Below are positions 1 through 8,294 of a DNA stretch of 17,321 nt, in pieces. This DNA is from Diplonema japonicum (taxonomy: Eukaryota; Protista; Euglenozoa: Diplonemea), in assembly GCA_964019335.1 (NCBI GenBank), contig OZ025772.1, positions 1-17,321 on the forward strand, written 5' to 3'. How positions within the stretch are numbered: position 1 is the first letter of the stretch; each line of letters starts with the position of its first letter. The notes under the pieces were generated by a model. It did no database searches. It saw only the letters and a program-made list of their open reading frames with translations, and was not told the origin of the DNA. The translations under genes were made by a program, and so were the position numbers.

Positions 1-107
1 GTGCATTGGTGCCATTGCCTGTACTACTAGATATGCCCCTGTTCCTATCCTTCGTACTTCTCCAGATTAGTGGTTTATTTAGTTCTCATGATTCCACTAC
101 TTCTGGT

Positions 108-1484
108 ATCACTACCCTTCTCAGGATACCTCTGTACTACTGACAGCACTAGATATCATAGTTAGCACAGCATGTATCCTCTGTGCTCTATGCACTGCAC
201 AGTACGTATTCCCTATGTACATACAGTATGTATTGGTGTGCATGATATCATATACAGTACATGGCACTGCATCCTGTGCATTGGTGCCATTGCCTGTGCT
301 ACTAGGATACCTCCGTACTTCCCTAGTTCCATACTCCTGGTATTCTCTGAGTTAGTACTTCTAGTATTCCACAGGTTCCTCCACTCTCAGGATACCTGTG
401 CTACTGATATCATACTATGTACTAGCCATGATATCTATGACAGTACTACATGCATCCATTGCACATGTAGCACTACACAGGATATATGCTCATGCATACT
501 GTGTGTGTACTGGTGGTAGGATATGCTCTATGCCACACACTCAGTGTATTGGTGGCATTGCCTGTGTTAGTACTTCTAGTATTCCACTGGTTCCATACTC
601 CTGTGTTCTCAGGGAATGGTGCCACTAGATATCTACTGCACAGCTAACATGGCATCTCCTTCTGTACTATGCCATGGTATGTACTACAGGATGTACTACA
701 TGCATCCATTGCACATGTAGCACTACACAGGATATATGCTCATGCATACTGTGTGTGTATTGGTGTGCATGATATCATATACAGTGCATGGCACCACCAC
801 AGCTACTGGTGGTATTACCTGTGTTACCAGGGATGTACTACTTCAGGGATTCCCCAAGTTAGTGGTTCTCCTGATTCCACTGCTTCTCTGGGATCACTAC
901 CCTTCTCAGGATACCTCTGTACTACTCCTAGCACTAGATATCATAGTTAGCACAGTATGTATCCCCTGTGCTCTATGCACTACATACTATGTATTCCCTA
1001 TGTACATACAGTATGTATTGGTGTGCATGATATCATATACAGTACATGGCACTGCATCCTGTGCATTGGTGCCATTGCCTGTGCTACTAGGATACCTCCG
1101 TACTTCCCTAGTTCCATACTCCTGGTATTCTCTGAGTTAGTACTTCTAGTATTCCACAGGTTCCTCCACTCTCAGGATACCTGTGCTACTGATATCATAC
1201 TATGTACTAGCCATGATACCTATGACAGTACTACATGCATCCATTGCACATGTAGCACTACACAGGATATATGCTCATGCATACTGTGTGTGTACTGGTG
1301 GTAGGATATGCTCTATGCCACACACTCAGTGTATTGGTGGCATTGCCTGTGTTAGTACTTCTAGTATTCCACTGGTTCCATACTCCTGTGTTCTCAGGGA
1401 ATGGTGCCACTAGATATCTACTGCACAGCTAACATGGCATCTCCTTCTGTACTATGCCATGGTATGTACTACAGGATGTACTAC
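108..1484. repeat. Internal direct duplication of a ~590-bp block with 785-bp period (non-coding; present in each unit)
   Basis: 108-699 is nearly identical to 893-1484 (ORFs at 172/957 and 398/1183 duplicated). The intervening ~190 bp and ~5683-5799 are built from partial copies of the same block. Confidence 0.9.
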
Positions 1485-1850
1485 TGATATCATACTATCT
1501 ATATTGGGGATACATCCTCTGTGTGTCTGCCCATACTTAGGATAGTACTGCTTAGAGGTATTCATGCTTAGTTAGTATCCTTACCAGCATGTTCTCCTCA
1601 TTATGAGATACATGGTTGGTAGAGTATACCGCCACCATCCTCATGAGATGGTATGGCTAGAGAGCACACCACATCCCTGGGATGTATTGGTGTCTGTACT
1701 CCCAGGATATACATGCCTGTACTCTCTGTACTACTCCTAGCACTACATGCATTACCTGTGTTAGCTAGGAATGGCATGAGTACTTACCATTGTACTTACT
1801 ACAGGATGTACTACTACTGATAGTACTGGTAGCACTGATACGATGGTAGT

Positions 1851-1985
1851 GATGGTGACTGTGTTCCTGGCAGAGCTAACAGCACATCATTAGCATGTAC
1901 TCATTCAGGAGTACTCTACGGACAGTGCTCAGAGATATGTGGTAGCTTACATGGCTTCATGCCATTGGTAGTAGCATGAGCATGA
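1851..1985 (+). CDS. cox2: Gene module: C-terminal piece of cytochrome c oxidase subunit 2 (CuA site); no own start or TAA/TAG stop
   Basis: Translates [42 protein letters not shown](W)A(W). This matches the Cox2 motifs D-x-x-PGR-x-N and G[18 protein letters not shown] with the CuA ligands C, E, C, H, M. Boundaries approximate. Confidence 0.95.
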
Positions 1986-2015
1986 GTACATTACCTCCGT
2001 ACTACTCCTAGCACT

Positions 2016-2306
2016 ATGGATGTACTACTGATAGTACTGGTAGCACTACATGCATTGGCATGAGTACTTACCATTGTACTTACTGATAGTACGACAGGCA
2101 CAGCTGTAGGTATCATGGACATGATGTGCTTAGCTATGGTCAGCATCAAGAGTGTGCTCTTGGGACTGCACTCCTGGTTACCTGATGCTATGGAAGGACC
2201 CACTGCAGTGAGTGCTGTCATTCATGCAGCTACCTTGGTTGTAGCAGGAGTAGTATGGATAGCACGTACGCTGTGCTCTCTGTGAGTATGTAGCACTAGC
2301 ATTGCT
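2016..2306 (+). CDS. nad5: Gene module: internal piece of NADH dehydrogenase subunit 5
   Basis: Translates [15 protein letters not shown](W)[73 protein letters not shown](W)VCSTSIA. The core 2148-2267 matches the Nad5/NuoL signature KSAQ[31 protein letters not shown]. The 5' end is uncertain (either ~2016 or ~2091). Confidence 0.95.
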
Positions 2307-2694
2307 TACAGTATATACTACTGATAGTACTGGTAGCACTACATGCATTGGCATGAGTACTTACCATTGTACTTACTACAGTAGATACGGTGGTGGTGGT
2401 GGCATGAGTAGATGAGGTAGCCATCAGGAGAGTCAGGGACTCTTCGTGGTAAGCCTAGTGCTCCACTCATGTGCATCCCTCAGAAGACACAGGTTGTGCC
2501 TAGAAGGAACACCAGTACTTCTACAGGATGATGTACTAGCACAGGCCTGCATCACTGCTGGTGCTTCCACCTGCATTGCTTAGCTATGATACTACTGCTA
2601 ACAGTGTCTCCTTACTGATAGTACTATGGATATACTACTGATAGTACTGGTAGCACTACATGCATTGGCATGAGTACTTACCATTGTACTTACT
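2023..2694 (+). repeat. 62-bp dispersed direct repeat, 3 exact copies (2023-2084, 2316-2377, 2633-2694) plus a permuted copy at ~1773-1836
   Basis: tactactgatagtactggtagcactacatgcattggcatgagtacttaccattgtacttact read directly at each position. Confidence 0.9.
2402..2518 (-). CDS. cox1: Gene module: internal piece of cytochrome c oxidase subunit 1 (helix XI and PRR loop)
   Basis: The minus strand translates VLVFLLGTTCVF(W)GMHMSGALGLPRRVPDSPDGYLIYSC, matching Cox1 consensus F-x-G-x-N-x-TFFPMHFLG-x-x-GMPRR-x-PDYPD-x-Y. There is an in-frame TGA at 2482-2480. Boundaries approximate. Confidence 0.9.
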
Positions 2695-3287
2695 ACAGTA
2701 TATACTACTGATAGTACTATGGATATACTTCCCTAGAGATAGCACACCATCATCCTCATGACTAGGATATGGTATGAGATACTCTCTGTAGTACTGGTGG
2801 TATTCCCACAGGCATTGTTGCCTAGGATGTACACCACCACCATTCCCTTCTCTAGGGATAATGGAGTAGCTACAGTATGAGGTACATGGTTGGTAGAGTA
2901 TACCGCCACCATCCTCATGACTAGGATATGAGGTACATGGTTACTAGAGTATACTGCCAGCATACTCTGTAGATGGTATGGCTAGAGAGCACAGCTGCTC
3001 TTCTAGTAGATAATACCTCTACTCTGTACATCCCATGATCCATGCATGACATGATCTATGGTAATGATACCGTTAGTGGTATGCTCCATGATGTCATGGC
3101 TAGAGAGATGGTATGTTCTCCCACTCTCTGGATATGCTGGCATCCTTAGGATGTACCATCATGCCATGATATGATAATACTACTACTATGATAAGTAGGC
3201 ATACACACTGTGTTAGTGCTAGTACATGTATATGATATACTGTATGTACTACTACACAGAGTACTTACATGATAAGTAGTATGCTGG

Positions 3288-3872
3288 TATCTCTACAGAC
3301 ACTCTCAGGATGTGGTGGTGTCTAGAGATGGTATCCAAGCTAGGGATCCTGGGATCTAGAGGTTGGGTCTCCACCCCTGGGATCCTGGGATCTAGAGAAG
3401 GGGTCCCCATCCCCAGGATGATGTCATGAGGGGATGAGTAGAGCTATGATACCATTAATACAGTTAGTACATCATTATGTAATACTAGTATTATGCATGT
3501 ACATATATCCTCCGTATGCATGGGATAGATATATGATACATACACAGTACTTACATAGTATGTAATGATAGTATTATAGTTATCTCTACAGACACTCTCA
3601 GGATGTGGTGGTGTCTAGAGATGGTATCCAAGCTAGGGATCCTGGGATCTAGAGGTTGGGTCTCCACCCCTGGGATCCTGGGATCTAGAGAAGGGGTCCC
3701 CATCCCCAGGATGATGTCATGAGGGGATGAGTAGGGTTATGATACCATTAATACAGTTAGTACATCATTATGTAATACTAGTATTATGCATGTACATATA
3801 TCCCCCGTATACATGGGATAGATATATGATACATACACAGTACTTACATAGTATGTAATGATGGTATTATAG
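3288..3872. repeat. 293-bp tandem duplication (2 copies), each with an internal gggatcctgggatctagag doublet
   Basis: tatctctacagacactctcagg starts at 3288 and 3581. The copies differ by only a few substitutions. Confidence 0.92.
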
Positions 3873-3933
3873 GTGGTAATAGGAGGGTATATTGAGGGGT
3901 CCCAGAAGGGCTGGATAAGGGGGCATGCTAGGG

Positions 3934-4200
3934 GGTTTACGTCCCTGTAGCCCTCCGATTCCTGAACCCCTTCAGGGCTGTATCGGGTGAATTCGTAGAA
4001 TTACCCCGTAGGAGCCCTGGAATGGTTTACGTCCCTGTAGCCCTCCAATATTGGGACACCTCTCTGGGCTCCTACGGGTGATTTCTGCAAATTAACCCGC
4101 TACGTCCCAGAGAATATCTACGTCCCTGTAGCCCTCCAATTCCTGAAACCCTTGTGGGACACTACGTAAGAATTATGCAAATTACCTCGCTATATCCCCC
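3934..4200. repeat. Diverged ~90-bp tandem repeat (3 copies) with inverted-repeat cores; fourth copy at ~4881-4966
   Basis: tacgtccctgtagc at 3938, 4028, 4119 and 4885. Each is followed by an imperfect palindrome such as cgggtgaattc-gta-gaattaccccg. Confidence 0.85.
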
Positions 4201-4218
4201 ACGCGCGCGCGCGCGCGT
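4201..4218. repeat. (CG)8 perfect palindrome a(cg)8t
   Basis: acgcgcgcgcgcgcgcgt read directly. Confidence 0.95.
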
Positions 4219-4966
4219 AAGGATAACTGTTAGGATAGTAAGGTGCCCCCAAGGTGTCCCCAAAGGGGTAGGGTATAGGACCCCCAATATAAGGGGGTAC
4301 AGAGAGGGGGGGTTAGGATAAGGGTCTAATACATAGGGGTTAGTAGACAGTGTGTAGACAAGGGGTTAGTTAGTAGACAGTGTGTAGGGGCTAATACCAC
4401 AGTATACAAGGGATAATGTACTACCCCATACCAGTGGTTACATACTCTCTGCTAACAGTGTGTGTCTCTGGTAACAGTGTGTGTCTCTGCTAACAGGTAC
4501 TTACTACAGGCCCCCATACGTGCCCTGCTATGGAATCCCCTGTTATGAGATACCACTACCAGACACCCTACTTGTGCTACCCCCCAGAGAACACACCCTT
4601 CTGCTGGTGTTCCTGTTAGTTGGTGTTATCCCCAGATGTATAGCTACACCCTTCTGGAGCACTGCTTGTGCTACTACATGTATTACTACACACTGTCTGT
4701 GTTACTCTCTGTGTTAGTGTGTAGTGTGTTACTGTACTTAGCTAAACAGTGTGCTTCCTCTTGTATGTTATGGATATCAGTACCTCTGGATGTACTCCCC
4801 ACAGGCCTCCGTACCTCTGCTAACAGGTCCTAGCATCCCTAATCCCAGGATCTAAGGGTTCCGAGGGGTCCCAATCTAGGGGTTTACGTCCCTGTAGCTA
4901 TGCAATTCCTGAAACCCTTGTGGGACACTACGGATGAATTCGTAGAATTACCCCGCTATATCCCCC

Positions 4967-4984
4967 ACGCGCGCGCGCGCGCGT
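4967..4984. repeat. Second (CG)8 perfect palindrome
   Basis: Identical tract with the same flanks (gctatatccccc...aagga). Confidence 0.95.
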
Positions 4985-7623
4985 AAGGACATGAGTCCAT
5001 ATACAGGTCTCTACACCCTAATCCCCAGGTTAAAGCACCCTTTCTAAGGATACCTCTGTACAGCACACCCGTTATCAGGGGTTACACACTGTCTGCTGTT
5101 CTCTGATAATGTGTAGTTACTGTACTTACTGTTATCCCATGCATACTGTGGTATTACGTACTTCACACTGTCTATGTTCCTGTGTTATGGTACTTAGCTA
5201 AACAGTGTGTCTGTACTACCACCTGTATATGCTCCCCACAGGTATCCCCAGATGTATAGCCACACCCTTATGGGATGATGTACTTACTATTAACATGTAC
5301 TTCCATAGTTACTTACTTAGATACACTGTGTGAATACTGGTGCAACAACATATTCACTGTGTTACACTGTCTGTACTAATGGTAGCACTACATGTCCCTA
5401 ATACTACAGTATACAAGGGATAATGTACTACCTACATATTACTAGATATACCCTGTACACCTAGATACCCCTTTTAGGCCTGAAATGAGGTCCGAGGCTC
5501 ACCGGGCCTTTTCCCAAAAAGGGGATATCATTTCTCAGAATTGGTCTGGGACCATTCCCTTGAGTCTTCGAATAGAATGAGGTACCTACCAATAAAGTGG
5601 TATTTTGGGTATGCCCATAATCACCCCATATGACCTATCCTCTAGACACCCTATTATCTATGGTAGTACTATATGCCTCCATTGTGCTCTATGCACTACA
5701 TACTATGTATTCCCTACGTACATACAGTATGTATTGGTGTGCATGATATGGTATACAGTACATGGCACTGCATCCTGTGCATTGGTGCCATTGCCTGTAC
5801 TACTAGATATGCCCCTGTTCCTATCCTTCGTACTTCTCCAGATTAGTGGTTTATTTAGTTCTCATGATTCCACTACTTCTGGTATCACTACCCTTCTCAG
5901 GATACCTCTGTACTACTGACAGCACTAGATATCATAGTTAGCACAGCATGTATCCTCTGTGCTCTATGCACTGCACAGTACGTATTCCCTATGTACATAC
6001 AGTATGTATTGGTGTGCATGATATCATATACAGTACATGGCACTGCATCCTGTGCATTGGTGCCATTGCCTGTGCTACTAGGATACCTCCGTACTTCCCT
6101 AGTTCCATACTCCTGGTATTCTCTGAGTTAGTACTTCTAGTATTCCACAGGTTCCTCCACTCTCAGGATACCTGTGCTACTGATATCATACTATGTACTA
6201 GCCATGATATCTATGACAGTACTACATGCATCCATTGCACATGTAGCACTACACAGGATATATGCTCATGCATACTGTGTGTGTACTGGTGGTAGGATAT
6301 GCTCTATGCCACACACTCAGTGTATTGGTGGCATTGCCTGTGTTAGTACTTCTAGTATTCCACTGGTTCCATACTCCTGTGTTCTCAGGGAATGGTGCCA
6401 CTAGATATCTACTGCACAGCTAACATGGCATCTCCTTCTGTACTATGCCATGGTATGTACTACAGGATGTACTACATGCATCCATTGCACATGTAGCACT
6501 ACACAGGATATATGCTCATGCATACTGTGTGTGTATTGGTGTGCATGATATCATATACAGTGCATGGCACCACCACAGCTACTGGTGGTATTACCTGTGT
6601 TACCAGGGATGTACTACTTCAGGGATTCCCCAAGTTAGTGGTTCTCCTGATTCCACTGCTTCTCTGGGATCACTACCCTTCTCAGGATACCTCTGTACTA
6701 CTCCTAGCACTAGATATCATAGTTAGCACAGTATGTATCCCCTGTGCTCTATGCACTACATACTATGTATTCCCTATGTACATACAGTATGTATTGGTGT
6801 GCATGATATCATATACAGTACATGGCACTGCATCCTGTGCATTGGTGCCATTGCCTGTGCTACTAGGATACCTCCGTACTTCCCTAGTTCCATACTCCTG
6901 GTATTCTCTGAGTTAGTACTTCTAGTATTCCACAGGTTCCTCCACTCTCAGGATACCTGTGCTACTGATATCATACTATGTACTAGCCATGATACCTATG
7001 ACAGTACTACATGCATCCATTGCACATGTAGCACTACACAGGATATATGCTCATGCATACTGTGTGTGTACTGGTGGTAGGATATGCTCTATGCCACACA
7101 CTCAGTGTATTGGTGGCATTGCCTGTGTTAGTACTTCTAGTATTCCACTGGTTCCATACTCCTGTGTTCTCAGGGAATGGTGCCACTAGATATCTACTGC
7201 ACAGCTAACATGGCATCTCCTTCTGTACTATGCCATGGTATGTACTACAGGATGTACTACTGATATCATACTATCTATATTGGGGATACATCCTCTGTGT
7301 GTCTGCCCATACTTAGGATAGTACTGCTTAGAGGTATTCATGCTTAGTTAGTATCCTTACCAGCATGTTCTCCTCATTATGAGATACATGGTTGGTAGAG
7401 TATACCGCCACCATCCTCATGAGATGGTATGGCTAGAGAGCACACCACATCCCTGGGATGTATTGGTGTCTGTACTCCCAGGATATAGCCTGTACTCTCT
7501 GTACTACTCCTAGCACTACATGCATTACCTGTGTTAGCTAGGAATGGCATGAGTACTTACCATTGTACTTACTACAGGATGTACTACTACTGATAGTACT
7601 GGTAGCACTGATACGATGGTAGT

Positions 7624-7758
7624 GATGGTGACTGTGTTCCTGGCAGAGCTAACAGCACATCATTAGCATGTACTCATTCAGGAGTACTCTACGGACAGTG
7701 CTCAGAGATATGTGGTAGCTTACATGGCTTCATGCCATTGGTAGTAGCATGAGCATGA
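7624..7758 (+). CDS. cox2: cox2 C-terminal module, copy 2
   Basis: Same sequence as 1851-1985. Confidence 0.93.
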
Positions 7759-7788
7759 GTACATTACCTCCGTACTACTCCTAGCACT

Positions 7789-8082
7789 ATGGATGTACTA
7801 CTACTGATAGTACTGGTAGCACTACATGCATTGGCATGAGTACTTACCATTGTACTTACTGATAGTACGACAGGCACAGCTGTAGGTATCATGGACATGA
7901 TGTGCTTAGCTATGGTCAGCATCAAGAGTGTGCTCTTGGGACTGCACTCCTGGTTACCTGATGCTATGGAAGGACCCACTGCAGTGAGTGCTGTCATTCA
8001 TGCAGCTACCTTGGTTGTAGCAGGAGTAGTATGGATAGCACGTACGCTGTGCTCTCTGTGAGTATGTAGCACTAGCATTGCT
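7789..8082 (+). CDS. nad5: nad5 internal module, copy 2 (one extra in-frame CTA codon)
   Basis: Same as 2016-2306 with a 3-nt insertion at ~7800. Confidence 0.93.
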
Positions 8083-8177
8083 TACAGTATATACTACTGA
8101 TAGTACTGGTAGCACTACATGCATTGGCATGAGTACTTACCATTGTACTTACTACAGTAGATACGGTGGTGGTGGTG

Positions 8178-8294
8178 GCATGAGTAGATGAGGTAGCCAT
8201 CAGGAGAGTCAGGGACTCTTCGTGGTAAGCCTAGTGCTCCACTCATGTGCATCCCTCAGAAGACACAGGTTGTGCCTAGAAGGAACACCAGTAC
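8178..8294 (-). CDS. cox1: cox1 internal module, copy 2
   Basis: Same sequence as 2402-2518. Confidence 0.88.

Larger units (their letters stand above)
1611..2920 (+). repeat. 36-bp direct repeat bracketing the cassette (1611-1646 and 2885-2920)
   Basis: catggttggtagagtataccgccaccatcctcatga is present on both sides of the module array. agatggtatggctagagagcaca follows both copies (directly in the first, ~50 bp later in the second). Confidence 0.8.
1..5776. repeat. Unit copy 1 (5776 bp) of a circular mitochondrial mini-chromosome, diplonemid-like
   Basis: Sequence at position 1 (gtgcattggtgccattgcctgtactactag) recurs at 5777 and 11548. The window end (...cactgcatcct) is the sequence that precedes those starts. 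The ORF track repeats with the same period. Confidence 0.95.

Noticed and set aside
172-1413. Cys/His/Tyr-rich ORFs of 76-134 aa (and their copies)
   Set aside because: They overlap in several frames inside low-complexity duplicated DNA, have no recognisable motif, and two are altered by the frameshifting patch in copy 3.
1991-2221. Minus-strand 76-aa ORF
   Set aside because: Antisense shadow of the nad5 module.
2545-2620. Assignment of the fourth segment to the cox3 C-terminus or to the nad4 'VEAP' motif
   Set aside because: Lacks the conserved WHFVD of Cox3, and the VEAP frame is preceded by a TAA and lacks the Nad4 flanking residues.
1773-2694. CRISPR-like repeat/spacer pattern
   Set aside because: The repeat is 62 bp, the spacers are 230-255 bp and encode mitochondrial gene pieces, and there are no cas genes.
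2733-2985. Minus-strand 76-aa ORF and a ~80-codon plus frame (TGA=W) with 'ALLPRMY', plus 'IPTGI' in another frame
   Set aside because: Built from internal repeats and disrupted by the 26-bp duplication in copy 2. The resemblance to Nad1/Cox1 words is too short.
4481-4833. ORFs of 78 and 65 aa
   Set aside because: Low-complexity constant-region sequence with no homology signal.
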